Shown piece by piece: positions 29,810-39,236 of a DNA stretch of 61,418 bases. A program made the translations under genes and the position numbers. Where the stretch lies: positions 1 to 61,418 of the forward strand of contig JAFRIU010000021.1 of assembly GCA_017432645.1 (NCBI GenBank), read 5' to 3'. Below the pieces are notes generated by a model. That model was not told the DNA's origin. It was given only the letters and a program-made list of their open reading frames with translations, and searched no databases. The DNA comes from Bacilli bacterium (GTDB taxonomy: Bacteria > Bacillota_I > Bacilli_A > RF39 > UBA660). The stretch's first letter is position 1, and each line of letters starts with the position of its first letter.

Positions 29810-32758
29810 ATGTTTATACCTTTATTTAATAAGAGTAATTATACTTTATTATCGAGTTTATTAACGATAGATGATATCATAGAATATGCTAAGAAGCATT
29901 CTCTTTCTCATATTTCTATTGTGGATACTAATTTATATGGTACAATGGAATTTTTTCACAAATGTGAAAAGGAAGGAATAGTTCCTGTTATTGGGCTTCA
30001 AATCTTTTTAGATGATTTTTCTTATGTAATATTTGCCAAGAATTATAAAGGATATCAGAACTTAATTAAACTATCTACCATTCAAAGTGAAAGAGTGGTT
30101 CAATTAGAAGATATTCAAAAATATAATAAGGATGTTATTGCAGTGTTACCATGTGCTTTTCTTTCTCATTTGAATCTTTTGAAAAATACTTATGTGGATT
30201 TTTATCTGGGGTATGCTAATAAAAAGGAAGAGAAAGAAGCCAGAATTTATTCTCGTGTTGTTTTCTTTAGAGAAAATTTATATTTAAATCATAAGGATCA
30301 AGAATATTTATCTTACTTGTATCGTATTCGTGATGGGAAGACATTATTGGATAAAATGGATTATGATATTTCCGATCATGGATTGGAAATAGAAGATCCT
30401 TTAGAATTTAGTTCAGAAGAAGGACTTAAGAATACTTTTTTGATTGTTCAGGAGTGTTCTTTGTCTTTTCCAAAGGGGGAGAACTTACTTCCGCTTTATG
30501 ATTGTGATGACCCTAAAAAGTACTTATTTGATTTATGTAGATTAGGATTAAAAAAACGTTTAGGAAAAGAAATCCCAGATTTTTATAAAGAACGTTTACT
30601 ATATGAACTGCGTGTAATTCATGATATGGGTTTTGATAATTATTTTTTAGTGGTTTATGATTTTATTCGCTTTGCTAAAAAAAGTAAGATTCTAGTTGGA
30701 CCAGGAAGGGGTAGTGCTGCTGGTAGCTTAGTAGCTTATTCTCTTGGTATTACTGATATCAATCCTATTGAATATGACTTATTATTTGAACGTTTTCTGA
30801 ATCCAGAGAGAAAAACTATGCCAGATATTGATACTGATTTTCCGGATAATAAGAGAGATTTAGTAATTGACTATGTAAAGAAGAAATATGGAGAAAAAAG
30901 AGTCAGTGGAATTATTACTTTTGGAACTTTGGCGGCTAAGCAAGCTTTAAGGGATGTTGCGAGAGTTTTTAATGTTCCTATTTATAAAGTAGATTCTTTA
31001 TGTAAGTTTATTCCGGCGATGTCTAAGGATAAGCTTTCGGATGTTTATCGTGAAAATGAAGCTTTTCGTGTTCGAATTGAATCGGATTCTCTTTTACAAG
31101 AAGTATTTCATGTGGCTTCTAGAATTGAAGGATTTCCAAGGCATACTTCTTCTCATGCCGCTGGGATTGTGATGAGTCGAGTAGATTTGGATGAAGTGAT
31201 TCCACTTGTGAAAGAAGATAATATGTATTTGACCGGTTTTTCTATGGAGTATCTAGAAGAATTAGGCCTTTTGAAGATGGATTTTTTGGTTTTAAAAAAT
31301 CTTACTTTGATTGATAATATTTTGAAAGATATTCAAGATGTTTATCAAGAAGAAATTGATTTTACTAAAATTCCTTTAGATGATAAAGATACACTACACG
31401 TATTTGAAAGTGCAGATACTTGTGGTATTTTCCAATTTGAATCAACTGGTATGAGAAACTTTTTAAGGAAATTAAAACCCAATACGTTCGAAGATATTTT
31501 TGCTGCGATTGCTCTTTTTAGACCGGGTGCTGCGGTTAATATTGATTCTTATATTCAAAGAAAGCATGGGCTTGAAAAGATTACTTATTTGGATCCTGTT
31601 TTGGAACAAGTTACGAAAAGTACTTATGGTTTTTTAATTTATCAGGAACAGATTATGCAAGTAGCTTCTTTATATGCTGGATATAGTTTAGGAGAAGCCG
31701 ATATTTTAAGACGAGCTATGAGTAAGAAAAAATTGGAACTATTAAAGAATGAGGAAGAAAAATTTTTAAAGAAGAGTGTAGAAAAAGGACACAGTTATGA
31801 ACAAGCAAAGCATCTTTTTGATTTAATTTTAAATTTCGCTGGATATGGTTTTAATAAATCTCACTCGGTTGTTTATTCGATTATTGCTTATAAAATGGCT
31901 TATTTAAAATGTCATTATCCAACTATTTTCTTTGCTAATTTATTAACCAATGTGATTGGTAGTGAGACTAAGACCAGTGAATACATCATGGAAGCAAGAG
32001 CAAATGGAATTGAAATAGAGAAACCAAGTATAGAAAATAGTGCTTCTTATTATCTTGTGAAAGATCAAAAGATTATTTATCCTCTTTCTAATATTAAAGG
32101 AGTGGGGATTATCGTTTCTCAACAGATTGAAAAGGCAAAAGAAGAAGGACCTTTTTTGGATATTTATGATTGCTTTAGTCGATTATATATTGCTGGTATT
32201 GGAAAGAAGACATTAGAAGATTTTATCTATGCTAATCTTTTTGCCAATTTTGGCTTTAATCGAGCTACTTTGATTTATCATTTAGATAGTTTGTTTAATT
32301 ATGCAGAACTTACAAAAGATATTGATCCTTCACTGGTTATGAAGCCTGAACTTGATTTTCAAGAAGAGTATTCCTCTAGTTTTTTATTGGAGAAGGAAAA
32401 GGATTTATTTGGACTTTATTTGTCTTCTCATCCTGTTACTATGTATAAGAAGAAGTATAAAAATTGTATTCCTTTAAATGAAGTAAAGGATCATTTTAAT
32501 CAAGACGTTACTGTTCTAGTATTAGTGGATAAGGTTAAAGTTATTACTACGAAGAAGGGAGATAAAATGGCTTTTGTTACTGGTAGTGATGAAACAGGAA
32601 CATTAGAGTTTACTTTTTTTCCTGCTGTTTTTCAAAAAGAAAGTCCTTTGGAGAGAGGCATCCTGTTAAGAATTCAGGGGCATGTTGAGAAGCGATATAA
32701 TGAAGTACAAATGATAGTAGATAGAGTTTGGCATTTGGAGGAGGAAAATCATGAATAA
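29810..32758 (+). CDS. dnaE: DNA polymerase III alpha subunit, DnaE type
   Basis: PHP domain (NKSNYTLLSS). Palm motif (PGRGSAAGSLVAYSLGITDINP, PDIDTDF). C-terminal OB fold. Start after AAGGAGG. Confidence 0.92.
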   Translation: MFIPLFNKSNYTLLSSLLTIDDIIEYAKKHSLSHISIVDTNLYGTMEFFHKCEKEGIVPVIGLQIFLDDFSYVIFAKNYKGYQNLIKLSTIQSERVVQLEDIQKYNKDVIAVLPCAFLSHLNLLKNTYVDFYLGYANKKEEKEARIYSRVVFFRENLYLNHKDQEYLSYLYRIRDGKTLLDKMDYDISDHGLEIEDPLEFSSEEGLKNTFLIVQECSLSFPKGENLLPLYDCDDPKKYLFDLCRLGLKKRLGKEIPDFYKERLLYELRVIHDMGFDNYFLVVYDFIRFAKKSKILVGPGRGSAAGSLVAYSLGITDINPIEYDLLFERFLNPERKTMPDIDTDFPDNKRDLVIDYVKKKYGEKRVSGIITFGTLAAKQALRDVARVFNVPIYKVDSLCKFIPAMSKDKLSDVYRENEAFRVRIESDSLLQEVFHVASRIEGFPRHTSSHAAGIVMSRVDLDEVIPLVKEDNMYLTGFSMEYLEELGLLKMDFLVLKNLTLIDNILKDIQDVYQEEIDFTKIPLDDKDTLHVFESADTCGIFQFESTGMRNFLRKLKPNTFEDIFAAIALFRPGAAVNIDSYIQRKHGLEKITYLDPVLEQVTKSTYGFLIYQEQIMQVASLYAGYSLGEADILRRAMSKKKLELLKNEEEKFLKKSVEKGHSYEQAKHLFDLILNFAGYGFNKSHSVVYSIIAYKMAYLKCHYPTIFFANLLTNVIGSETKTSEYIMEARANGIEIEKPSIENSASYYLVKDQKIIYPLSNIKGVGIIVSQQIEKAKEEGPFLDIYDCFSRLYIAGIGKKTLEDFIYANLFANFGFNRATLIYHLDSLFNYAELTKDIDPSLVMKPELDFQEEYSSSFLLEKEKDLFGLYLSSHPVTMYKKKYKNCIPLNEVKDHFNQDVTVLVLVDKVKVITTKKGDKMAFVTGSDETGTLEFTFFPAVFQKESPLERGILLRIQGHVEKRYNEVQMIVDRVWHLEEENHE

Positions 32759-33224
32759 GGAAAAAGCAATTTGTTTCCTTGCAACTTCTGTTTTTGTTGT
32801 GGATCAAATTATTAAGTTTTTTATTCTTCATTTTATGGAGATTCATCAAAGAATAGTTATTATTCCTCACTTTTTTTCTTTGTTCTTCGTAAAGAATACA
32901 GGAGCAGCATTTTCTATTTTAGAAAACTATACTTTTCTTTTTATTGGAATTAGTATTGGTTTTCTTGTTAATATGTTTCTTTATATTCGTAAGGAGGAAA
33001 ATGATTCTTCTCTTTTTCGGTGGTCTTTGGGATTTCTTTTAGGTGGAGTTGTAGGAAATTTGGTAGATCGTATTTTTTACCAAGCAGTTGTTGATTATTT
33101 AGCATTTGAATTTTTTCAATATTCTTTCCCAGTTTTTAATTTTGCAGATAGTTGCATTAATATTGGAATTTGTTTATTCCTTCTTTATATGATTATTCAA
33201 AAGAAAAGTGAGCGTGAAAAATAA
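32751..33224 (+). CDS. lspA: Lipoprotein signal peptidase II
   Basis: FFVKNTGAAFS, GNLVDR, FNFADS. Overlaps the dnaE stop. Confidence 0.88.
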   Translation: MNKEKAICFLATSVFVVDQIIKFFILHFMEIHQRIVIIPHFFSLFFVKNTGAAFSILENYTFLFIGISIGFLVNMFLYIRKEENDSSLFRWSLGFLLGGVVGNLVDRIFYQAVVDYLAFEFFQYSFPVFNFADSCINIGICLFLLYMIIQKKSEREK

Positions 33225-34105
33225 TGTTAGAAAAACGTTATCAAGCAACTAGGAAAGCTAGTGTTTTTGGTGTTTGTGGAAATTTTATCTTGTTATTATT
33301 GAAGGGGATTATAGGCTTTCTTACGAATAGTCAGTCTATGATTGCAGATTTTTTTAATAGTTTTGGAGATGTCTTTTCTTCTTTTATGACTGGAATTGGT
33401 AATCGGATTAGTATGAAAGAGGCAGATAGAGATCATAATTTAGGACATGGTAAAGCAGAGTATATTTATTCGTTTTTAATTAGTATTGCAATGATTTGTA
33501 CTTCTTTTATTGTTGTTAAAGGTGCAATTGTAACTTATATTCAAAAAGAAAAAATAGAGTTTTCTATTTTCCTTATCTTTGTTTCTTTGATTACGATCGG
33601 AATCAAATTTTTCCTATATTTGTATACTAAAAACTTATATCAAAAATATGATAATATTCTTATCAAGGCGAACAGTATGGATCATAGAAATGATTGTTTT
33701 ATTACGATGCTTACTCTTCTTTCTGCTGTTTGTGGTTTTTATGGGTATCGAATTGTTGATATTATTTGTGGAATTTTGATTGCTTCTTTTACTTTTTATA
33801 CAGCCATTAAGTTGTTTATAGAAAGTTATGATGTTTTAATGGATAAGTCTATTGGTGAAGAGACAAGAGAGAAAGTTTATCAATTAATTTATCAATATCC
33901 AGAGATTCAAAAAGTCAATCATTTTAATGCTACCCCTGTTGGATATCGTTATCAAATTTCTTTTACTATTTTTGTAGATGGAAATTTGAGTACTTTTGAA
34001 AGTCATGATATTGCGAATCGTTTGGAACGGGAAATTGAGGCAAAAATTCCAGAGGTTTATTTAACTGTTATTCATGTCAATCCTATGGAAATAGTGGAAA
34101 AATAG
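33224..34105 (+). CDS. Cation diffusion facilitator family transporter
   Basis: Six TM helices plus a cytoplasmic domain. Motifs SQSMIADFFNSFGD and DHRNDC. Confidence 0.8.
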   Translation: MLEKRYQATRKASVFGVCGNFILLLLKGIIGFLTNSQSMIADFFNSFGDVFSSFMTGIGNRISMKEADRDHNLGHGKAEYIYSFLISIAMICTSFIVVKGAIVTYIQKEKIEFSIFLIFVSLITIGIKFFLYLYTKNLYQKYDNILIKANSMDHRNDCFITMLTLLSAVCGFYGYRIVDIICGILIASFTFYTAIKLFIESYDVLMDKSIGEETREKVYQLIYQYPEIQKVNHFNATPVGYRYQISFTIFVDGNLSTFESHDIANRLEREIEAKIPEVYLTVIHVNPMEIVEK

Positions 34106-34156
34106 GTTTTAAGATCAATATAAAATATGATACAATGTAAGAAATAAGGTGAGAAA

Positions 34157-35137
34157 ATGAATTTAGACGAATATTTTGATAAAAAGACGGAAGAATTTAA
34201 TATAAAGGATAAAAGAATTAGTATTCTTGATAATTATGGTGTAAACTTTCAAGAAGTACAATATATTACTAATCCGGCTATTGGAAGAGATGAGCAAATT
34301 AAACAGTTAGTTTTAATTTTACTAACACCAGAAAAATCTGCTGTTTTAGTTGGAAAACCTGGTGTTGGTAAAACTGCTATTGTAGAAGGGCTTGCTTATC
34401 GTATTCAAAAAGGTTTGGTTCCAGATATTTTAAAGAATTATCAAGTTATTAAAATTAATACTTCGGCTTTATTAGGAGTAGATCCTATTACGGGTGAGAG
34501 TAAAGTGCAAACTTTGTTGGAGGAATTAAAAGAGAAAACAAGACTGATTCTGTTTATCGATGAAATTCATACTCTTATGGGAAATAAGGGAGAAGCACTA
34601 GATTTTGCCAATATGTTTAAACCTGCATTAGATAGAGGAGATATCAAGGTAATTGGTGCTACGACTAGTGAAGAATATGAACATTATATTTTAAGAGATA
34701 AGGCTTTTGTTAGGCGTTTTCAAAAAGTAGATGTTTCAGAGCCTACTAGAGAAGAAAATATTCAGATACTGCTAGGAACACTACCAAAAATAGAAGCGAA
34801 AACTGGTGCTAAGATGATGTATACTCCTTTTATTCAGAGTAGAATCATGCAGTTTATTACAGACATTACTAGTGAATATAAGAGAATTTATGAAATTGGA
34901 TCTAGATATCCTGATGTTTCTTTAACTTTGGTTCAACAAGCTTTTTCTAATGCATTGTTTGATAATCGAAGAAATGTTAATGTTCTAGATTTTAGACTTG
35001 CTATTCAAAATAGTAAAAATATTTATCCTGATGTTATTGCAAAATCTTTACCTCAATTTGATGAGTTGTTTGCTGAACAGATTGAGGAATGTAAAAATAT
35101 GAAACAAGATAATTATGAAAGATTATCTGATAATTAG
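34157..35137 (+). CDS. Stand-alone AAA+ ATPase resembling the Clp/Hsp100 D1 module
   Basis: NPAIGRDEQIKQL..LVGKPGVGKTAIVEGLAYRI, FIDEIHTLMG, IGATTSEEY...D.AFVRRFQKV. No N-domain, middle domain or D2. Confidence 0.75.
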   Translation: MNLDEYFDKKTEEFNIKDKRISILDNYGVNFQEVQYITNPAIGRDEQIKQLVLILLTPEKSAVLVGKPGVGKTAIVEGLAYRIQKGLVPDILKNYQVIKINTSALLGVDPITGESKVQTLLEELKEKTRLILFIDEIHTLMGNKGEALDFANMFKPALDRGDIKVIGATTSEEYEHYILRDKAFVRRFQKVDVSEPTREENIQILLGTLPKIEAKTGAKMMYTPFIQSRIMQFITDITSEYKRIYEIGSRYPDVSLTLVQQAFSNALFDNRRNVNVLDFRLAIQNSKNIYPDVIAKSLPQFDELFAEQIEECKNMKQDNYERLSDN

Positions 35138-35154
35138 AATGATGAGGTGGTAAA

Positions 35155-36303
35155 ATGAAGTGTCCTAATTGTGGAAATAAAGCAGGTAGAAAAGATATCT
35201 TTTGTGAAATTTGTGGTACTTATTTGAAGGATCAAGAAAAAGATGATTGGAGTGCTGAAGAAATTGATTTAGAGGAAGAGGAAAAAGAAGAGGAAAACAA
35301 AGTACAAGAGGAGATTGAGAAGGAGCCTATTGCAGAAGAAGGAAAGGAAGAGAAAAAGTCTAAAAAGAAAGAGAAACTTTTTTCTGTAAAAGATAGTAGT
35401 GGTACTAGAAAAAATCAGTATTCTTATGAAAATGAAGATTTATTAGAAGCTTATATTGGAGAAGATTATAAATTAATTAAAAAAAGTTTTTTCAATATTT
35501 GGGCTTTTCTATTTAATTGGATGTATGTATTGTATCGAAAATTATATGTTACTGGTATCATCGGATTGGTTATTTCTTGGGTAGTTATTGCATTTTTTAG
35601 AAGATATATTTGGATTTATTTAGCAGTTGTTTCTGTTTTACTTGCCTTATTATTTAGTCCATATTATATTTTTATCTCTAAGAAGAAAGTAGAGAAAATT
35701 AAGAGTCAGAATGAAGATGAGGATTCTTTCACTTTGAGTGGAATTTGTAAAAACAAGGGTGGAGTAAGGGTTTTACCTGCATTACTTCTTTATAGTGCTT
35801 TTCTTATTATTGTATTCTTTACTATTACTCATCTTCGCTTTACGTTCGGTATTCGTACGAAGTTTTGGGAAGAAAATAGAGATAATCTAGCAAATTGTAC
35901 TTCTTTGGTAAAAGTAGTCTATCGTAATGTTTCTTCATCTGGACGTGAGGTTGGAGATGTAACAGAAGCCGTTTGTAAAATTACTGCTGGAGATACTAAG
36001 GAATATGAGGTATATGTAAAGAGTAAGAAAGACAAAGATGTTCTTTATAGCTATTATAAAACTCAAGATGGTTATATTGCTTATCGTGGAGATACTATCA
36101 TGTTGAACGAGTTATTAGAAAGACAGAAAAAGGTAACTTTAACTGAAGAAGAGATGAAAATGTTAAAGGAATTACAAAGTATGGATGTTAATTATGATAA
36201 GTATCATGATCAAGCAGAAAGAGAAGATTTACTTGTTAAACAACGCAAAAATACAAGAGAAAAATTGAGTTATATATTGAATAAAGAAGAGATTATTCGT
36301 TAA
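35155..36303 (+). CDS. Zinc-ribbon / DUF2628-like membrane protein
   Basis: CPNCGN..CEICG zinc ribbon, an acidic linker, then TM segments (FNIWAFLFNWMYVLYRKLY). Confidence 0.6.
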   Translation: MKCPNCGNKAGRKDIFCEICGTYLKDQEKDDWSAEEIDLEEEEKEEENKVQEEIEKEPIAEEGKEEKKSKKKEKLFSVKDSSGTRKNQYSYENEDLLEAYIGEDYKLIKKSFFNIWAFLFNWMYVLYRKLYVTGIIGLVISWVVIAFFRRYIWIYLAVVSVLLALLFSPYYIFISKKKVEKIKSQNEDEDSFTLSGICKNKGGVRVLPALLLYSAFLIIVFFTITHLRFTFGIRTKFWEENRDNLANCTSLVKVVYRNVSSSGREVGDVTEAVCKITAGDTKEYEVYVKSKKDKDVLYSYYKTQDGYIAYRGDTIMLNELLERQKKVTLTEEEMKMLKELQSMDVNYDKYHDQAEREDLLVKQRKNTREKLSYILNKEEIIR

Positions 36304-36314
36304 TAAGGAGGGTT

Positions 36315-37199
36315 ATGAAATCTAAGGTTTTTTATACAAAGGAAATTACTGCGAATAGCTTAATTCGAATTTATGAGGCATTAGGAGTAGAATTAACAGG
36401 AAATGTTGGTGTGAAGGTTTCTACTGGTGAAGATGGCTCCAAAGGCTATTTGAAAGCGGATTTGATTGCGCCACTTGTTCAAATGTTACGTGGAAGTATT
36501 ATTGAGTGTAATACTGCTTATCCTGGTGAAAGAAATACGAAAGAGGATCACTTAAAAGTTGCAGAAAAACATGGTTTTACTTCTTTTTCTTATGTAGATA
36601 TTCTGGATGGTGCAGGAGAAATTAAGATTCCTGTTTTGAATGGAAAGCATTTGAAGTATGATTTAATAGGTGAAAATTTTGAGAATTATGATTCTATTTT
36701 AAATCTTGCACATGCTAAAGGACATGCAATGGGTGGATTTGGTGCTAATTTGAAAAATCAATCGATTGGAATTGCTTCTCGTAATGGAAAAGCTTATATT
36801 CATAGTTGTGGTCAAACAGAAGATCCTAATAAATGCTGGAGTTGTAAGTATGAACAAAAAGATTTTATTGAATCTATGGCAGAAGCTGCTAAGGCAGTAG
36901 CAGATTATTGCAAGGAAAATCATAAGCCAATTGTCTACATCAGTGTGATGAATGCTTTATCTGTTGATTGTGATTGTGATGCTCATCAAGGAAATCCTGT
37001 AATGAAAGATATAGGAATTATTGGATCCTTAGATCCTGTTGCAAATGATCAAGCGTTTCTTGATATGTTATGGAAAAGTCAAGATCCAGGAGCTTCTCTT
37101 TTAAGAGAGAGAGTTGATCGACAAGAGGGCAGACATATTACCGAATATGCGGAAGAAATTGGTTTGGGATCTACGGATTATGAATTAATTGAAATATAA
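36315..37199 (+). CDS. DUF362 domain protein
   Basis: KVFYTKEI...VGVKVSTGE...ECNTAY, and a C-terminal Cys cluster CDCDAH. Confidence 0.65.
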   Translation: MKSKVFYTKEITANSLIRIYEALGVELTGNVGVKVSTGEDGSKGYLKADLIAPLVQMLRGSIIECNTAYPGERNTKEDHLKVAEKHGFTSFSYVDILDGAGEIKIPVLNGKHLKYDLIGENFENYDSILNLAHAKGHAMGGFGANLKNQSIGIASRNGKAYIHSCGQTEDPNKCWSCKYEQKDFIESMAEAAKAVADYCKENHKPIVYISVMNALSVDCDCDAHQGNPVMKDIGIIGSLDPVANDQAFLDMLWKSQDPGASLLRERVDRQEGRHITEYAEEIGLGSTDYELIEI

Positions 37200-37225
37200 A
37201 AAGATCTTATTACAGATCTTTTTTT
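37198..37225. terminator. Bidirectional terminator
   Basis: aaaaagatct-tattac-agatcttttt between convergent genes. Confidence 0.7.
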
Positions 37226-37226
37226 G

Positions 37227-37802
37227 TTATCTTGTTTTTGGTTCATATTTTTCTTTGTTTTCGTGATATTCTTCTAATGCAATGTTGTTTTCATAGAGAA
37301 TTTTCGCAACAGATGGATCTACGTAGCGCATATGCCATGGCTCGTTTGGAATTTCTGTTATACTTTCTTTTTCTTTTGGATATCGATAGATGAATCCAAG
37401 ATCATTTTCTATGCTTATTCTATATAATTCCCAAGCGTCTTCTTCTGTCAATTTTTTTGCCTCGCCATCTACTATTTTGTAGGTGTCTATTGCTAGACCT
37501 GTATGGTGCTCACTAGTTCCTGGGATGGCAATTTGTTTTCTGATTCCTAACCCGTTTTTTGCGATTAGTTCTAGACCAATTACAGCTTGTCCTACTGGTG
37601 ATCTATGAGCACTTGTAATTACTAAATTCATTCTTGAAATTTCACATAATTTTTGAAAGTTATCATATACGACAGCATTTACTCTTGTTGGAATTTTTAT
37701 TCCATGATTGAAATCATAAGTATTCGGTATTGGAATTAAGTTTTCTAGCTTATAATTTGCTGGTAGAGGGTGTTTTTTATTTACTAATATATTGTAATCC
37801 AT
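37227..37802 (-). CDS. VanY/M15B-family D-Ala-D-Ala carboxypeptidase
   Basis: SAHRS, GTSEHHTGLAID, EPWHMRY zinc-peptidase motifs. Confidence 0.8.
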   Translation of the reverse strand: MDYNILVNKKHPLPANYKLENLIPIPNTYDFNHGIKIPTRVNAVVYDNFQKLCEISRMNLVITSAHRSPVGQAVIGLELIAKNGLGIRKQIAIPGTSEHHTGLAIDTYKIVDGEAKKLTEEDAWELYRISIENDLGFIYRYPKEKESITEIPNEPWHMRYVDPSVAKILYENNIALEEYHENKEKYEPKTR

Positions 37803-37877
37803 ATGTTTCTCCTTTATGAAAACAAAAAATTGTCTTAACTAATAATATTATATCATATTTTTCTCTCGCTTTTCGAT

Positions 37878-38060
37878 AAAAAAACTAGTCATTTGACTAG
37901 TTAATTAAAAAACTGGGACCATGATTTGACGTGTAGACGAAAAATCAACATAAATTTACGAAATTGAGTTTGACTCAATTACTTGAGTATAATATACTAT
38001 TTAGAAAAATAAAAGTCTAATAAAATATGACAAAAACGTGTATGTTCGATTGATTTTTTA
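37878..38060 (+). repeat. Island repeat copy A (long form)
   Basis: Hairpin aactagtc-attt-gactagtt. Core ctgggaccatgatttgacgtgtagacgaaaaatcaacataaatttacgaaattgag-tttga-ctcaatt. Tail atatgacaaaaacgtgtatgttcgattgattttt. Alignable with copy D. Confidence 0.7.
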
Positions 38061-38391
38061 TTAGGGATAATGTTATATTGCGATTAGGAACATTTAGTTG
38101 TTGAGTGTCTACCTCCAATCCAACAAAGAGAGGAGGTTTGGGAGAATGAAAAAAACGTGAATACAACATTAAGTTGCTTCGCTATATATCACTCATTTTA
38201 CTACTCTTAACCTTACTGGTTTTAGTAATAAAAAAATGACACTCATTCGTTAGAATAGTGTCTTAATCAATGAAAATTGGTAGACATTCAATTCGGAAAA
38301 ACTGAATGTTCCCATTTTTATTTTATGCAAGATTTCTTGCTAGATACATAATAACATAAAAAGGAACTTTTTTCAAGTTCCTTTTCTTTTT

Positions 38392-38460
38392 AAACTGGGG
38401 CATCAATTTAACGTGTATACGAAAATTGGCACAAATCAATAAATTGAGAACTTGAATAAA
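38392..38460 (+). repeat. Island repeat copy B (short form)
   Basis: aaactggggcatcaatttaacgtgtatacgaaaattggcacaaatcaataaattgagaac, preceded by the hairpin aggaactt-ttttc-aagttcct. Confidence 0.7.
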
Positions 38461-38525
38461 AAACTTAATTATTTTGATTTATATGGGAAAAAATGTTAGA
38501 ATAGCGCTTAACAAGTTGGTGGAAT

Positions 38526-39074
38526 ATGGAATACTATTATCATGGAACAAATCAAATATATAATAAAGGTTTAGATATTATGATTGATATAATTGAATCT
38601 GGTGGAATAAAAAGTAATAATAAAAGATCAGGACATTCAATCGGATTATATAATGGCGATGATTATATCAGTGTTGGAAAATGGAATAAAGAAGAGAATA
38701 TAGATTTTAGTAGATTTAATGAATCATGTTTTTATGGTTGGATTTTTTGGTGTCCGACGTTTATTATTGATCCTAGCATCAATGCCATACATGCAGAAAG
38801 AATAATTGGACCAGTGAATCCTAATAAAGGAAGATATTCATGTTTTGTAGATGAATATCATGTAAAAGATGAAATAGAATTAGACAAAGTTAGAGGAATA
38901 GCATTACCATTTTCATTAATTATGGATAACAAAGATTACTTATTAAAAACTTTAAAAATACTACAATATGCTAAATTATACAAATGGGATGTATATGAAT
39001 CAGACATGTTTTTATTAAACAGAGTAGATAAACAAGAAACCTATTATGATACAAAGTATAAAAAAAGAAACTAA
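38526..39074 (+). CDS. Hypothetical protein (182 aa), cassette gene
   Basis: Clean ORF with its own TTGATT-17-TAGAAT promoter-like site at 38474-38502. No motif I can name securely (N-terminal YYHGT). Confidence 0.55.
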   Translation: MEYYYHGTNQIYNKGLDIMIDIIESGGIKSNNKRSGHSIGLYNGDDYISVGKWNKEENIDFSRFNESCFYGWIFWCPTFIIDPSINAIHAERIIGPVNPNKGRYSCFVDEYHVKDEIELDKVRGIALPFSLIMDNKDYLLKTLKILQYAKLYKWDVYESDMFLLNRVDKQETYYDTKYKKRN

Positions 39075-39096
39075 TCAATAGTTTCTTTTTTTTATC

Positions 39097-39185
39097 AAAA
39101 TGGGGCCTCAATTTAACGCGTTTGTGAAAAATTTGCCCAATTTACGAACAGATATAACTCAATTACTACTTAAAATATAACATAT
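39097..39185 (+). repeat. Island repeat copy C
   Basis: aaaatggggcctcaatttaacgcgtttgtgaaaaatttgcccaatttacgaacagatataactcaatt, preceded by the hairpin agaaacta-atca-atagtttct. Confidence 0.7.
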
Positions 39186-39236
39186 ATTTTGACAAAAAAA
39201 AATATATTTTCTAGAATATTAGTAGGAGGTTATACT

